Shown: positions 47,252 through 58,102, counted from the stretch's first letter. The stretch is 64,000 bases of DNA from an uncultured Acidobacteriota bacterium (GCA_963789135.1 CAWBJJ010000003.1:162507-226506), one strand, 5' to 3'. Translations and numbers: made by a program. The notes: generated by a model from the letters alone, not told the origin.

Positions 47252-47566
47252 ATGGCAGATAACACACAGAAGATCCGGATCCGACTCAAGGCTTACGACC
47301 ACAACGTGGTCGACGAGTCTTCGAAGAAGATCACCGAGACCGTGCTGCGGACCCAGGCCAAGATCAAGGGCCCGATCCCGCTTCCCACGGAGATCCATCG
47401 CTATTGCGTGATCCGGGGCCCGCACGTCGACAAGGACTCGCGTGAGCACTTCGAGATGCGGATCCACAAGCGCCTCATCGACATCCTCGAGCCGACCCCG
47501 AAGACGGTCGACTCGCTGATGCGCCTCGAGCTGCCCGCCGGCGTCGAAGTGGAGATCAAGCTATGA
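47252..47566 (+). CDS. rpsJ: 30S ribosomal protein S10
   Basis: [47 protein letters not shown].... Starts 3 nt after the tuf stop. Confidence 0.95.
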   Translation: MADNTQKIRIRLKAYDHNVVDESSKKITETVLRTQAKIKGPIPLPTEIHRYCVIRGPHVDKDSREHFEMRIHKRLIDILEPTPKTVDSLMRLELPAGVEVEIKL

Positions 47567-47708
47567 AACCGTTCAACGCTCATCCGCTCACCGCTTATCC
47601 GCCATCGCGTTCGGGCTGCTGGCCGTCAGCGAGCCGGTGTCGCTCGACCGACGACTTCTACGACGCGATCAGCGGATCAACGGACAACGGAGAACCGAAG
47701 AGGCCACG

Positions 47709-48347
47709 GTGAACGCGATCCTCGGTCAGAAGGTGGGCATGACCCAGGTCTTCGACGACCAGGCGCGGGCGATCCCGGTCACGGTGATCAAGGCCGGGCC
47801 CTGCCACGTCGTCCAGATCAAGACGGTGGAGCGGGACGGCTACGACGCCGTCCAGATCGCTTATGGCGAGCTCAAGCCGGGTCGGGCCAACAAGCCCGAA
47901 GCGGGTCATTTCGCCAAGGCAGGTGTCGCCCCCGCCCGTCATCTCGCCGAGGTGCGTGTCGACGATCCCGCCAGCTACAAGCTGGGCCAGGAGATCAAGA
48001 TCGCCGATGTCCTCCAGCCCGGGTCCAAGGCCGACGTCGCCGGGATCTCCAAGGGCAAGGGCTTCGCCGGGGTCATGGAGCGGCACAACTTCTCCGGTCA
48101 GGGCGCGGGCCACGGCACCCACAAGAAGCACCGCGCTCCGGGCTCGATCGGCGCCTGTGCCACCCCGGCACGAGTGTTCAAAGGGATGCGTATGGCCGGC
48201 CGTCTCGGTGGCGAGCGGGTCACCACCTTCAACCTCGAAGTGGTCGGTGTCGACGTCGAGCGCGATCTCTTGCTCCTCGGCGGAGCAGTGCCCGGCCCCA
48301 AGGGATCGCTGGTCCTGGTCAGGGAGGCGGTGAAGGCTCGTGGCTGA
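47709..48347 (+). CDS. rplC: 50S ribosomal protein L3
   Basis: GTG 47709 after GAAGAGG: [32 protein letters not shown].... The in-frame extension to 47637 is not L3-like. Confidence 0.9.
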   Translation: MNAILGQKVGMTQVFDDQARAIPVTVIKAGPCHVVQIKTVERDGYDAVQIAYGELKPGRANKPEAGHFAKAGVAPARHLAEVRVDDPASYKLGQEIKIADVLQPGSKADVAGISKGKGFAGVMERHNFSGQGAGHGTHKKHRAPGSIGACATPARVFKGMRMAGRLGGERVTTFNLEVVGVDVERDLLLLGGAVPGPKGSLVLVREAVKARG

Positions 48348-49026
48348 CGTGAAAGCACCTCTCTTCTCCTCCGACGGCACCGCCAAAGGTGACATCAAGC
48401 TCGACGCCGAGATCTTTGGCATCGAGCCCAATCTCGCCGTGCTCCATCAGGTGATCACCGCCCAGCTGGCCGGCGCCCGATCCGGGACGGCTTCCACCAA
48501 GACCCGCGGCGAGGTGCGCGGCGGTGGCCGCAAGCCCTGGCGCCAGAAGGGACTGGGCCGCGCCCGTCAGGGATCGATCCGTGCTCCACAGTGGGTTGGC
48601 GGCGGTGTGGCCCATGGCCCCAAGCCCCGCGATTACTCCCAACGGACCCCCAAGAAGATGAAGCGCCTTGCCCTGCGCAGCGCCCTGTCGGCCCGAGCCT
48701 CCGAGGAGGCGGTGAAGGTGATCGACGACTTCGACTGGGCGGCTCCCAAGACCAAGCAGGCCATTGCGTTGCTCCAGGCGATCGGCGCCCCGGGCAAGGC
48801 CCTGGTGGTGCTCAGCCAGCTCGACGGCGTGGCCGGTCGCTCGTTCCGCAACCTTCCCGACGTGATCCTCGCCGAGCCCGGCCATCTCACCCCTTATGAG
48901 GTGCTCTGGGCCGATCAGGTGGTCTTCACCACGCACACCGTGGGCTCGGTCGGCCGCGCCAGCTCCTACGAGGTCAGCGAGTCCGACTTCGTCAAGGAAG
49001 AGGACGGAGGTGAGCCCGATGCGTGA
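48340..49026 (+). CDS. rplD: 50S ribosomal protein L4
   Basis: ...[51 protein letters not shown].... GTG 48340 (or 48349). Confidence 0.9.
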   Translation: MADVKAPLFSSDGTAKGDIKLDAEIFGIEPNLAVLHQVITAQLAGARSGTASTKTRGEVRGGGRKPWRQKGLGRARQGSIRAPQWVGGGVAHGPKPRDYSQRTPKKMKRLALRSALSARASEEAVKVIDDFDWAAPKTKQAIALLQAIGAPGKALVVLSQLDGVAGRSFRNLPDVILAEPGHLTPYEVLWADQVVFTTHTVGSVGRASSYEVSESDFVKEEDGGEPDA

Positions 49027-49306
49027 CGCACACGACGTGATCCTGGCCCCGGTCGTCTCCGAGAAGTCGTACGACCTCATCGAGAACCTGAACACCTACA
49101 CCTTCCTGGTCGATCCCCGCTCCAACAAGGCGGAGATCCGGGATGCGGTCGAGTCGATCTTCGAGGTCAAGGTGCTTCGGGTCAACACGATGAACCGCAA
49201 GGGCAAGACCAAGCGGCAGGGCTGGAAGATGGGCAAGCGCAAGGACACCAAGCGCGCTGTGGTCACTCTCGCCGCCGGCAACTCGATCGATCTGTTCGGA
49301 GTCTGA
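49019..49306 (+). CDS. rplW: 50S ribosomal protein L23
   Basis: [52 protein letters not shown]. Confidence 0.9.
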   Translation: MRDAHDVILAPVVSEKSYDLIENLNTYTFLVDPRSNKAEIRDAVESIFEVKVLRVNTMNRKGKTKRQGWKMGKRKDTKRAVVTLAAGNSIDLFGV

Positions 49307-49308
49307 GA

Positions 49309-50143
49309 ATGGCTGTCAAGAAGCGCAAACCAACATCACCGGGTCGCCGGTTCCAGACGGTCTCGGACTTCGCCGAGATCACGACCGACACGCCGGAGAA
49401 GTCGCTGATCGCCAAGAAGGCGAAGACCGGTGGCCGCAACACCTACGGCCGGGTCACCTCGCGCCATCGTGGCGGCGGGCACAAGCAGCGCTACCGGGTG
49501 ATCGACTTCCGTCGCGACAAGGACGGGATCCCGGCGCGGGTGGCGACCATCGAGTACGACCCCAACCGCAACGCCCGCATCGCACTGCTCAACTACGTCG
49601 ACGGCGAGAAGCGATACATCCTCGCCCCGCTCGGGCGTGAAGGTCGACGATCGCCTCGAGTCCGGCCCCAAGGCCGAGATTCGCCCCGGCAATGCCCTGC
49701 CCCTGCGCAACATCCCGGCAGGCACCATCGTCCACGCCATCGAGATGCGCCCCGGCGGTGGGGCCAAGCTCGGTCGCTCGGCGGGCACCGCGGTGCAGTT
49801 GATGTCCAAGGAGAACAACCTCGCGCTGCTCCGTCTCCCCTCCGGCGAAATGCGCCAGGTCCCGCTGGACAGCCGGGCCACGGTCGGCCAGGTGGGTAAC
49901 ACCGAGGCCGAGCTGGTGAAGCTGGGCAAGGCAGGCCGCAACCGCTGGAAGGGGGTCCGCCCCCAGACCCGTGGTGTCGCCATGAACCCGGTCGACCACC
50001 CCCTCGGCGGTGGCGAAGGCAAGTCGTCCGGTGGCCGTCACCCGGTGAGCCCATGGGGCCAGTCGGAGGGTCGGACCCGGAGCAAGAAGAAGGCATCGAG
50101 CAAGTACATCGTGCGTCGCCGCGCGAAGAAGGGTCGGAGATAG
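49309..50143 (+). CDS. rplB: 50S ribosomal protein L2; one extra base at GGG 49633-49635
   Basis: [25 protein letters not shown]...[20 protein letters not shown] / [23 protein letters not shown]...[29 protein letters not shown]. Confidence 0.9.
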
Positions 50144-50145
50144 TC

Positions 50146-50421
50146 ATGGCTCGCAGTCTCAAGAAGGGGCCATTCGTCGATGACCACCTGGCGGCGAAAG
50201 TGGATGAGCTCAACAGATCGGGTGGGAAACGAGTGATCAGGACCTGGTCCCGGCGCTCCACGATCATCCCCGAGATGATCGGCCACACGATCGCGGTCCA
50301 CGACGGCCGCAAGCACGTGCCGGTCTACATCACCGAGTCCATGGTGGGCCACAAGCTCGGCGAATTCGCCCCGACCCGGACCTTCCGTGGCCACGCGGAC
50401 AAGTCGGCGAGGAAGCGATGA
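50146..50421 (+). CDS. rpsS: 30S ribosomal protein S19
   Basis: [23 protein letters not shown]...[38 protein letters not shown]. Confidence 0.95.
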   Translation: MARSLKKGPFVDDHLAAKVDELNRSGGKRVIRTWSRRSTIIPEMIGHTIAVHDGRKHVPVYITESMVGHKLGEFAPTRTFRGHADKSARKR

Positions 50422-50765
50422 AGGTCAAGGCCCAAGCCAAGTACATCAGGCAGTCGCCGTACAAGGTGCGTCTTGTGCTCGACCTCGTCCGTGGCCTTCC
50501 CGTCACCGAGGCCGAGGACTTGCTGCGCCTGACGTCGCGCGGGGCGACCGAGCCCGTCGCCAAGGTGCTGCACTCGGCTGTCGCCAACGCCGAGCACAAC
50601 TTTGCCCTCGACCCCGACGACCTCGTGATCGCCGAGGCCTTTGCCGACGAAGGACCGACTCTCAAGCGCTTTCGGCCCCGGGCCCGTGGCCGGGCCACAC
50701 GGATCAGGAAGCGGACCAGCCACATCACGATCGTGGTGTCAGACGGAAGCGAGGAGGTGAGCTGA
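50418..50765 (+). CDS. rplV: 50S ribosomal protein L22
   Basis: [36 protein letters not shown].... Confidence 0.95.
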   Translation: MKVKAQAKYIRQSPYKVRLVLDLVRGLPVTEAEDLLRLTSRGATEPVAKVLHSAVANAEHNFALDPDDLVIAEAFADEGPTLKRFRPRARGRATRIRKRTSHITIVVSDGSEEVS

Positions 50766-51849
50766 TGGGTCAGAAGGTTCACCCTTATTCGTTCCGGCTT
50801 GGTATTGCCACTGACTGGAAATCGAAGTGGTTCTCCGACAAGGAGTACGTCAAGTTCGTCAATGAGGACTGGCAAATCCGCGACTACCTCAAGGGAGAGT
50901 TGACCAGGGGCGCCCTGTCCCGGATCGACATCGAGCGGACCCGTGACCGGCTGATCGTGGACATCCACACCGCCCGGCCCGGTGTGGTCATCGGTCGCAA
51001 GGGCGGCGAGGCCGAGCGCCTCCGCGGTGCTCTGGAGGCCATGGCCGACCGGCCGGTCAAGCTGAACATCAACGAGGTCAAGGACCCCGACCTCGATGCA
51101 GCCCTGCTGGCCCGCGGGCATCGCCGACCAGATCGAGAACCGGATCGCTTTCCGCCGTGCCATGAAGCGCGCCATCGCCTCCGCGCTCAAGGCGGGCGCC
51201 GAAGGTGTCCGCGTCGAGTGCAAGGGCCGCCTCGGCGGCGCCGAGATGGGCCGCCGTGAGTGGTACCGGGAGGGCCGGGTACCCCTGCACACGTTGCGCG
51301 CCGACATCGACTACGGCACCGCCACCGCACACACCACGGTCGGGACCATCGGGGTCAAGGTCTGGGTCTATCGGGGCGAGGTCATCTCCAGGGGGCAGGT
51401 CTCCGGAGACCGGATCGCAGCCGAAGCCGATCTGGCCACAGGCGGGCCCGCCCGTCGCACCCGGAAGAGCATCAAGTCCCGTGCCGAGGAGGCTGCCGGG
51501 TCGGACGCCAAGCCACGGCTCATCGAGGCCGGTGGCGGAAAGCGCCTGATCGAGGCCGGTGGCGGCAAGAAGGAAGGCGGTCGGCGGATCATCGAGGCTG
51601 GGGGCGGACGGCGCCCAACAGCCGCCGAGGCCCAGGTCGAGTACCAGTCGGCGCGGGAGGAGAGCGAAGTCCCGGTCGACGAAGTCGTGTCGGACGTCGT
51701 GGACGTCCGAAGCGCCGGTCGCACCCCCGTCGGACGGCGAGGCCGCGGTCGAGCCCGCAGCGCAGGGTGACAACACAGAATCGGTCGAGGAGACCGCTGC
51801 CGAGGTGGCAGTCGAGTCCGAGGCCGCCGAGAGCTCGGAGGAGGAATGA
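50765..51849 (+). CDS. rpsC: 30S ribosomal protein S3 with long repeat-bearing C-terminal extension; extra bases at GGG 51116-51118 and CC 51707-51708
   Basis: [23 protein letters not shown]...[13 protein letters not shown] / [19 protein letters not shown]...[31 protein letters not shown]... then RLIEAGGGK repeats and an acidic tail ...ESSEEE-stop 51847-51849. If the last shift is not an error, the end is 51770. Confidence 0.85.
51516..51614 (+). repeat. 27-nt tandem coding repeats inside the rpsC tail
   Basis: cggctcatcgaggccggtggcggaaag / cgcctgatcgaggccggtggcggcaag / (12 nt) / cggcggatcatcgaggctgggggcggacggcgc, encoding [33 protein letters not shown]. Confidence 0.8.
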
Positions 51850-51886
51850 ACACTCCGGTCTATGAGACTGAAACCAGGTGTCGCGT

Positions 51887-52300
51887 ATGTTGATGCCGAA
51901 GAGAACGAAGCACCGCAAGGTCCATCGTGGCCGCCGCTCCGGCGTGGCCAAAGGCGGGACCCAGGTGAATTTCGGCGAGTACGGGCTGCAGGCGCTCGAG
52001 GCGGGGTGGATCACCGCCCGCCAGATCGAGTCGGCTCGTGTCGCCATCACCAGGGCGGTGCGTCGTGGCGGGAAGGTGTGGATCACGATCTTCCCCGACA
52101 AGCCGGTGACTCAGAAGCCGGCCGAGACCCGGATGGGGTCGGGCAAGGGCAACCCGGAGTTCTGGGTGTCCGTGGTGAAGCCGGGCCGTGTCATGTTCGA
52201 GCTGGCCGGCGTCCCCGAGGACCTGGCCCGCGAGGCCATGCGCAAGGCGGGCAACAAGCTCCCGATCAGGACTCGCTTCGTATCCCGGGAGGAGCAATGA
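51887..52300 (+). CDS. rplP: 50S ribosomal protein L16
   Basis: [37 protein letters not shown].... Confidence 0.9.
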   Translation: MLMPKRTKHRKVHRGRRSGVAKGGTQVNFGEYGLQALEAGWITARQIESARVAITRAVRRGGKVWITIFPDKPVTQKPAETRMGSGKGNPEFWVSVVKPGRVMFELAGVPEDLAREAMRKAGNKLPIRTRFVSREEQ

Positions 52301-52521
52301 GCCCCAGCGAGATCCGCGAGATGACCGACGCCGAGTTGGTCGAGGCCTTGGTGGAGGCAAAGTCGGAGCGCTTCAACCTGCGTTTCCAGCTTGCCACCAA
52401 TCAGCTGGACAACAACGCCCGACTCCGCGACGTGAAGAAAGACATTGCTCGCATCCTGACCGTGATGCGGGAGCGAGATGGCCAGGAGTCGGCTACGACC
52501 CTGGCCGAGGAGAGTGCCTGA
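52297..52521 (+). CDS. rpmC: 50S ribosomal protein L29
   Basis: [57 protein letters not shown] overlap with rplP. Confidence 0.9.
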   Translation: MSPSEIREMTDAELVEALVEAKSERFNLRFQLATNQLDNNARLRDVKKDIARILTVMRERDGQESATTLAEESA

Positions 52522-52790
52522 TGGCGGACGAGATGATCAACAGAGGCCGCCGCAAGGTGCGGGTGGGAGTCGTTGTCTCCGATGCGAGAGACAAGACGGT
52601 CACCGTCGAGGTCCCTACGCAGCGAAGCCACCCCCGCTACGACAAGGTGGTTCGGCACAGCACCAAGTTCCATGCCCATGACGAGGCCAACGACGCCAAG
52701 CTCGGCGACACGGTCCGGATCATGGAGACCCGTCCCCTCTCCAAGCAGAAGCGCTGGCGAGTGGTCGAGATCGTGGAGCGTGCACGATGA
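52521..52790 (+). CDS. rpsQ: 30S ribosomal protein S17
   Basis: [55 protein letters not shown]. Confidence 0.9.
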   Translation: MADEMINRGRRKVRVGVVVSDARDKTVTVEVPTQRSHPRYDKVVRHSTKFHAHDEANDAKLGDTVRIMETRPLSKQKRWRVVEIVERAR

Positions 52791-53155
52791 TCCAGCAGGA
52801 GTCGCGACTCAAGGTGGCCGACAACACCGGCGCCCGCGAGCTGCTCTGTATCAGGGTGCTCGGCGGTTCGTCGCGTCGCTACGCGGGCATCGGCGATGTG
52901 ATCGTCGGCACCGTGAAGGACGCCAACCCCGGAGGCTCGGTCAAGAAGGGCGAAGTGGTCAAGGCGGTCGTGGTGCGCACCAAGAAGGAGTCGCGGCGGC
53001 CCGACGGCACGTACATCAGGTTCGACGACAACGCATGCGTGATCATCGACAACAACTCCCAACCCCGCGGCACCCGCATCTTCGGGCCGGTGGCCAGGGA
53101 GCTTCGTGACCGGAAGTTCATGCGGATCGTCTCGTTGGCCCCAGAGGTTTTGTGA
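52787..53155 (+). CDS. rplN: 50S ribosomal protein L14
   Basis: [46 protein letters not shown]. Confidence 0.95.
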   Translation: MIQQESRLKVADNTGARELLCIRVLGGSSRRYAGIGDVIVGTVKDANPGGSVKKGEVVKAVVVRTKKESRRPDGTYIRFDDNACVIIDNNSQPRGTRIFGPVARELRDRKFMRIVSLAPEVL

Positions 53156-53460
53156 TGAGACTCAAACAAGGTGACAAGGTGATGGTGATCGCCGGCAAGG
53201 ACGCGGGCAAGGAGTCACGCATCAGCCGGGTCCTGCCCAAGCAAGACAAGGTCCTGGTCGAGGGGGTCAATACCGCCAAGCGGCACACCAAGCCCCGGGG
53301 CCAGACCCTTCAGGGCGGGATCATCGACAAGGACATGCCGATCGCGGTCTCCAATGTGATGATCATCTGCGAGAAGTGCGGGCCCACCCGAATCGGGCAT
53401 CGCATCGACGACAAAGGCAAGAAGCACCGGACCTGTGTGAAGTGCGGGGGTGACCTGTGA
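53155..53460 (+). CDS. rplX: 50S ribosomal protein L24 (C-terminal CxxC...CxxC)
   Basis: [39 protein letters not shown]...[31 protein letters not shown]. The alternative start is GTG 53152. Confidence 0.9.
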   Translation: MRLKQGDKVMVIAGKDAGKESRISRVLPKQDKVLVEGVNTAKRHTKPRGQTLQGGIIDKDMPIAVSNVMIICEKCGPTRIGHRIDDKGKKHRTCVKCGGDL

Positions 53461-54017
53461 CCACGCCCCGTCTCAAGACCCGCTACTCCGAGGAGGTGGC
53501 GGCGAAGCTCAAGGACCAGCTCGGCCTCGACAACGTGATGCAGATCCCGCGCCTCGAGAAGATCGTGGTCAACATGGGTGTCGGCGAAGCGGTCTCGGAC
53601 AAGAAGGCGGTTGACGCCGCCATGGACGAGCTGAGCCTGATCACGGGCCAGAAGGCCAAGCTGAACCGGTCCCGGAAGTCGATCGCAGGCTTCAAGGTGC
53701 GAGAGGGAATGCCGGTCGGCGCCTCGGTGACCCTGCGCGGGGCGCGGATGTGGGAGTTCTTCGACCGCCTGCTCGCCGTGGCCATCCCCCGGATCCGCGA
53801 CTTCCGAGGCCTCAATCCCAGGTCATTCGATGGCCGGGGCAACTACAGCTTCGGAGTCACCGAGCAGCTGATCTTCCCCGAGATCGACTTCGACCAGGTC
53901 TCGTCGACCCGGGGCATGGACATCACGATTTGCACCACCGCCACCAACGACGAGCACGCCAAGGCGTTGCTCGATGCCTACGGATTCCCATTCCGCAAGG
54001 CGACCATCGAGGTTTGA
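53457..54017 (+). CDS. rplE: 50S ribosomal protein L5
   Basis: (V)[44 protein letters not shown]. Confidence 0.95.
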   Translation: MTTPRLKTRYSEEVAAKLKDQLGLDNVMQIPRLEKIVVNMGVGEAVSDKKAVDAAMDELSLITGQKAKLNRSRKSIAGFKVREGMPVGASVTLRGARMWEFFDRLLAVAIPRIRDFRGLNPRSFDGRGNYSFGVTEQLIFPEIDFDQVSSTRGMDITICTTATNDEHAKALLDAYGFPFRKATIEV

Positions 54018-54026
54018 GGAGAGTAA

Positions 54027-54212
54027 ATGGCTAAGAGATCCCTGGTCGTCAAGGCCAACAGGAAGCCCAAGTTCAAGGTGAGGGGATACAACCGGTGCAA
54101 GCGCTGCGGAAGGTCGCGGGCGTATCTGCGTGACTTCGGCATGTGCCGCATCTGTGTCCGGGAGCTGGCCTCATCCGGCGAGCTCCCTGGTGTCAGAAAG
54201 GCCTCCTGGTAA
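54027..54212 (+). CDS. rpsN: 30S ribosomal protein S14, type Z (zinc-binding, 61 aa)
   Basis: [61 protein letters not shown]. Confidence 0.9.
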   Translation: MAKRSLVVKANRKPKFKVRGYNRCKRCGRSRAYLRDFGMCRICVRELASSGELPGVRKASW

Positions 54213-54607
54213 TGGTCAACGATCCAATCGCAGACATGCTGACCCGGATCCGCAACGCGGTTGCTGTCGGTCACGAGCGAGTTTCGATGCCCGCGTCGAA
54301 GATGAAGGTCGGCATCGCCCGGATTCTCGTCGATGAGGGTTTCATCGACCGGTTCGACGTGAAGGAGAACGGGACGGTCAACGAGCTCGAGCTGGTGCTC
54401 CGTTACGGCAATCGTCGCCAGCCGGCGATCGGCGGGATCAAGCGCATCTCCAAGCCGGGCCACCGCATCTATCGAGGCGCCGGCGAGCTGCCCCGGGTCC
54501 AGGGCGGCCTCGGCGTCGCCGTGGTGTCCACCAGCCAGGGATTGCTTCCCGACCGCGAGGCGCGTCGACGCCGGCTCGGTGGCGAGATCGTTTGTGAGGT
54601 CTGGTGA
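54212..54607 (+). CDS. rpsH: 30S ribosomal protein S8
   Basis: [45 protein letters not shown]. Confidence 0.95.
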   Translation: MVNDPIADMLTRIRNAVAVGHERVSMPASKMKVGIARILVDEGFIDRFDVKENGTVNELELVLRYGNRRQPAIGGIKRISKPGHRIYRGAGELPRVQGGLGVAVVSTSQGLLPDREARRRRLGGEIVCEVW

Positions 54608-54608
54608 C

Positions 54609-55145
54609 ATGAGTCGTGTAGGCAAGATGCCGGTGGCCGTGCCTTCGGGTGTCGACATCGAGGTCGATGGCTCCCAGGTGACCGTCAAGGGCTCGAAGGG
54701 GCAGTTGTCCCGAGAGTTCCCCGACCGGGTCAGCTTCTCGATCGAGGACGGGGAGATCAGCGTCGTCCGTGAGGACGACACCAGGGAGTCGAAGGCCCTT
54801 CACGGGCTGAGCCGCGCCCTCCTCGCCAACATGGTCCATGGGGTCACCGAAGGGTTCAACAAGACCCTCGAGATCCAGGGCGTCGGTTATCGCGCGTCTT
54901 TGAAGGGCCAGGACGTCGAGTTGCTGGTCGGCTTCAGCCATCCCGTCGACGTCCCAGCACCGGACGGGATCACCTTCGAGGTCCCGGAGCCGACCCGGAT
55001 CGTCGTGTCCGGGATCGACAAGGAGCAGGTGGGACAGGTTGCGGCGAACATCCGGAAGATCCGGCCCCCCGAGCCCTACAAGGGCAAGGGCATCCGCTAT
55101 TCGGGTGAGTACGTGCGCCGCAAGGCCGGGAAGGCAGGCAAGTGA
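54609..55145 (+). CDS. rplF: 50S ribosomal protein L6
   Basis: [34 protein letters not shown].... Confidence 0.95.
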   Translation: MSRVGKMPVAVPSGVDIEVDGSQVTVKGSKGQLSREFPDRVSFSIEDGEISVVREDDTRESKALHGLSRALLANMVHGVTEGFNKTLEIQGVGYRASLKGQDVELLVGFSHPVDVPAPDGITFEVPEPTRIVVSGIDKEQVGQVAANIRKIRPPEPYKGKGIRYSGEYVRRKAGKAGK

Positions 55146-55498
55146 TGAGAGGCTCTCGACAGGATGCTCGGGCCCGGCGTCACGTCCGGGTGCGGAAGCG
55201 TGTCCAGGGCACCGGTGACCGCCCCCGTCTCGCTGTGTTCCGCAGCAACAAGTACATCTACGCACAGGTCATCGACGACACCCAGGGTCGAACCCTGGCC
55301 GCGGCGTCGTCTCAGGAGGCCGACTTCCGTTCTTCTGCCCTCAACATCCCGACCGCGGCCAAGGTCGGCGAGCTGCTCGCCGGTCGGGCCAAGGACGCCG
55401 GGGTCAGCGCCGTGGTCTTCGATCGGGGCGGTTACAAGTTCCACGGCAAGGTCAAGGCTCTCGCTGAGGCAGCTCGCGAAGCCGGATTGGATTTCTGA
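55145..55498 (+). CDS. rplR: 50S ribosomal protein L18
   Basis: [45 protein letters not shown].... The alternative start is GTG 55142. Confidence 0.9.
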   Translation: MRGSRQDARARRHVRVRKRVQGTGDRPRLAVFRSNKYIYAQVIDDTQGRTLAAASSQEADFRSSALNIPTAAKVGELLAGRAKDAGVSAVVFDRGGYKFHGKVKALAEAAREAGLDF

Positions 55499-55500
55499 AA

Positions 55501-56049
55501 ATGGCACAAGAGCAAAACCAATACGACGAGCGGGTAATCCAGATCAACCGGGTGGCCAAGGTGGTCAAGGGTGGCCGCCGGTTCAGCTTCACCGCACTGG
55601 TGGTGGTGGGTGACGGGGCCGGGCGGGTCGGTATCGGCTACGGGAAAGCCAAGGAAGTCCCTGCCGCCATTCAGAAGGGCATGGAGGGGGCTCGTCGCGC
55701 CATGGTGACCATCCCCATGGCCGGTCAGACCATCGTCCATCAGAACACCGGTGAGCACGGTGCTTCGAGGGTTTTGATCAAGCCGGCTGCCCCCGGAACC
55801 GGGGTCATCGCAGGCGGTGCGGTGCGCCAGATCCTCGAAGCAGCCGGGATCCGCGATGCGCTGGCCAAGTCCCTGGGATCCCCGACCCATCTCAATGTGG
55901 CGAAGGCGGCCATGAATGCCCTCACCGGGCAGCGTCGCCCCGACGAGGTGGCCCGACTCCGCGGGAAGCAGGCGGAGGACATCGTGCCTCCCGGGCTGCT
56001 CGCTGCCTATCGCTCCACCGAGGCGCTTCGCGCCCACAACAAAGGCTGA
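55501..56049 (+). CDS. rpsE: 30S ribosomal protein S5
   Basis: ...[51 protein letters not shown]. Confidence 0.95.
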   Translation: MAQEQNQYDERVIQINRVAKVVKGGRRFSFTALVVVGDGAGRVGIGYGKAKEVPAAIQKGMEGARRAMVTIPMAGQTIVHQNTGEHGASRVLIKPAAPGTGVIAGGAVRQILEAAGIRDALAKSLGSPTHLNVAKAAMNALTGQRRPDEVARLRGKQAEDIVPPGLLAAYRSTEALRAHNKG

Positions 56050-56052
56050 GGC

Positions 56053-56238
56053 ATGGCGGACAAGAAGTTGAAAGTGACCTTGAAGAGATCGGTGATCGGC
56101 GAGAAGCCGAAAACCCGAGCGACCGTCGAGTCGCTCGGCCTCCACAAGCTCCACCAGAGCCGGGAACACACCGACTCCCCAACCCTGCGCGGGATGCTGC
56201 ACAAGGTGCGGCACCTCGTCGAAGTCGAGGAAGGCTGA
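56053..56238 (+). CDS. rpmD: 50S ribosomal protein L30
   Basis: [36 protein letters not shown]. Confidence 0.9.
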   Translation: MADKKLKVTLKRSVIGEKPKTRATVESLGLHKLHQSREHTDSPTLRGMLHKVRHLVEVEEG

Positions 56239-56239
56239 A

Positions 56240-56698
56240 ATGGCTGAAGAGAGCAAAGAGCAGCTCAAGCTGCACCATCTGAAGCCGGCCCCTGGCTCCA
56301 AGAAGAAGGCGATCCGCGTCGGGCGCGGTGAGGGTGGTCGCAGGGGCAAGACTGCAGGGCGGGGCACCAAGGGCCTGAAGGCCCGCAACACGCTCCGTCC
56401 CGGGTTCGAAGGCGGGCAGACCCCGCTCGCGATGCGGCTCCCCAAGCTCCCCGGTTTCAAGAACCCCAATAAGGAAGAGTTCGCCATCGTCAACCTGGCC
56501 GCCCTGGATGGTTTCGACGCTGGGAGCGAGGTGACCCCGGAGTCGCTGCGTGATCGGGGGCTGATCCGGCACAAAGGCCGGGTCAAGGTGCTGGCTCAGG
56601 GCGACCTGGGCAAGGCGCTGACCGTGAAGGCGCATGCATTCAGTGGCAAGGCCAAAGAGAAGATCGAGGCTGCCGGGGGCACTGTTGAAGTCATCTGA
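56240..56698 (+). CDS. rplO: 50S ribosomal protein L15
   Basis: ...[37 protein letters not shown]. Confidence 0.95.
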   Translation: MAEESKEQLKLHHLKPAPGSKKKAIRVGRGEGGRRGKTAGRGTKGLKARNTLRPGFEGGQTPLAMRLPKLPGFKNPNKEEFAIVNLAALDGFDAGSEVTPESLRDRGLIRHKGRVKVLAQGDLGKALTVKAHAFSGKAKEKIEAAGGTVEVI

Positions 56699-56723
56699 AC
56701 TCAAAGGTGCCGTAGTGCGTGAC

Positions 56724-56739
56724 ACGTGTTACGACTACG
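56724..56739 (+). repeat. copy 1 of the ACGTGTTACG(T)ACTACG motif, upstream of secY
   Basis: ACGTGTTACGACTACG. ACTACG (56734-56739) pairs with CGTAGT (56711-56716), forming a hairpin. Compare copy 2 at 58103-58119. Confidence 0.7.
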
Positions 56740-56762
56740 AAACACGCAGGACGTAGAACGCA

Positions 56763-58073
56763 ATGCTCTCCATCTACCGCAACATGTTCAAAGTCCCCGA
56801 CCTCCGGGGAAAGATCTTCTTCACGCTGGCCATGTTCGGGGTGTACCGGCTCGGTGCCACCATCCCGGTGCCCGGCATCGATCTCCAGGCAGTGGAGCTG
56901 TTCCAGCAACAGCAGCAGGCCGGTGGCATCTACGGTCTGCTCAACCTCTTCTCCGGGGGTGCCCTGGAGTCGTTCTCGGTTTTCGCCCTCGGGATCATCC
57001 CCTACATCACCGCGTCGATCATCGTCCAGTTGCTGACCGTGGTGATCCCCAAGCTCCAGGCGCTTCAGGAAGAGGGTGAATCCGGGCGCAAGGTCATCAC
57101 CCAGTGGACCCGGTACCTGACGGTGATCCTGGCCTTGATCCAGTCGACCAGCTTCACCTACCTGTTCCACGTTGGCCGGTTCACCGGCGGGATCGACCTC
57201 ATCCCCAACTACACCACGGGGCGGGTGATCCTCATCGTCCTCACCATGACTGCGGGAACTGCGACCGTCATGTGGCTCGGTGAGCTCATCACCCAACGCG
57301 GTGTTGGCAACGGGATGTCTTTGATCATCTTCGTCTCCATCCTGAGCCAGTTTCCCTTCATCTTCGGCCAGATCTGGGGCCAGACCGTCGCCGCCAACCT
57401 CCCGATTCGATTCGTGGTCGTCGTTGTGGTGTTCCTGTTGATGATCGGGGCCATCATCTACGTCGACCAGGCGCAGCGCCGGATCCCGATCCAGTTCGCG
57501 AAGCGAGTTCGTGGGCGCCGCGTGATGGGTGGGCAGTCGACTTACATCCCGCTGAAGGTGAACACCGCCGGCGTGATCCCGGTGATCTTCGCCACGTCGG
57601 TGTTGCTCATCCCCTCGCTGATCATCACCGCCATCCCTTCCGATGCGGCATGGGTGCAGTCGATCTACCGCTGGATCGACGACAACCTCGGCGGGAACGG
57701 CAGTGTCAGCTGGTGGTACATCCTGATCCTGTTCTCACTGATCATCTTCTTCACCTACTTCTACACGGCGATCCAGTTCGACCCCGAGAAGCAGGCAGAG
57801 ATGATCCAGCGCCAGGGCGGGTTCGTGCCCGGGGTGCGTCCCGGCCGCCAGACCGCCAAGCACTTGGCGTTCATCCTGAACCGGATCACGCTGCCCGGTT
57901 CGATCTTCCTGGCCGTCATCGCCATCCTCCCCGCTATCGCCGGAGCTGTTTGGAACATCTCGATCGCCTTCTCGGGTGTCTCCATCCTGATCGTGGTCGG
58001 GGTGGCCCTGGAGACGATGAAGCAGATCGAATCCCAGCTGACGATGCGGAACTATGAAGGGATCCTGACATGA
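56763..58073 (+). CDS. secY: preprotein translocase subunit SecY
   Basis: Intact 436 aa. MLSIYRNMFKVPDLRGKIFFTLAMFGVYRLGATIPVPGID... Confidence 0.95.
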   Translation: MLSIYRNMFKVPDLRGKIFFTLAMFGVYRLGATIPVPGIDLQAVELFQQQQQAGGIYGLLNLFSGGALESFSVFALGIIPYITASIIVQLLTVVIPKLQALQEEGESGRKVITQWTRYLTVILALIQSTSFTYLFHVGRFTGGIDLIPNYTTGRVILIVLTMTAGTATVMWLGELITQRGVGNGMSLIIFVSILSQFPFIFGQIWGQTVAANLPIRFVVVVVVFLLMIGAIIYVDQAQRRIPIQFAKRVRGRRVMGGQSTYIPLKVNTAGVIPVIFATSVLLIPSLIITAIPSDAAWVQSIYRWIDDNLGGNGSVSWWYILILFSLIIFFTYFYTAIQFDPEKQAEMIQRQGGFVPGVRPGRQTAKHLAFILNRITLPGSIFLAVIAILPAIAGAVWNISIAFSGVSILIVVGVALETMKQIESQLTMRNYEGILT

Positions 58074-58102
58074 CCTCAGGTCATGTCAGGATCCCCCGTT
58101 TT
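58059..58102 (+). terminator. 18-bp perfect palindrome plus T-tract overlapping the secY stop codon
   Basis: GGGATCCTGACATGACCT-C-AGGTCATGTCAGGATCCC (58059-58095), then CCGTTTT. The secY TGA (58071-58073) lies inside the left arm. Confidence 0.6.

Noticed and set aside
47637-47708. N-terminal extension of L3 from GTG 47637 ([24 protein letters not shown]).
   Set aside because: It is not L3-like. The canonical N-terminus, [15 protein letters not shown], starts at GTG 47709, preceded by GAAGAGG.
53155-53460. The Cys4 zinc-ribbon tail of L24 as a novel feature.
   Set aside because: From memory, Thermus-type L24 carries a similar CxxC...CxxC tail, so this is probably a known C+ variant. That recollection is not verified.
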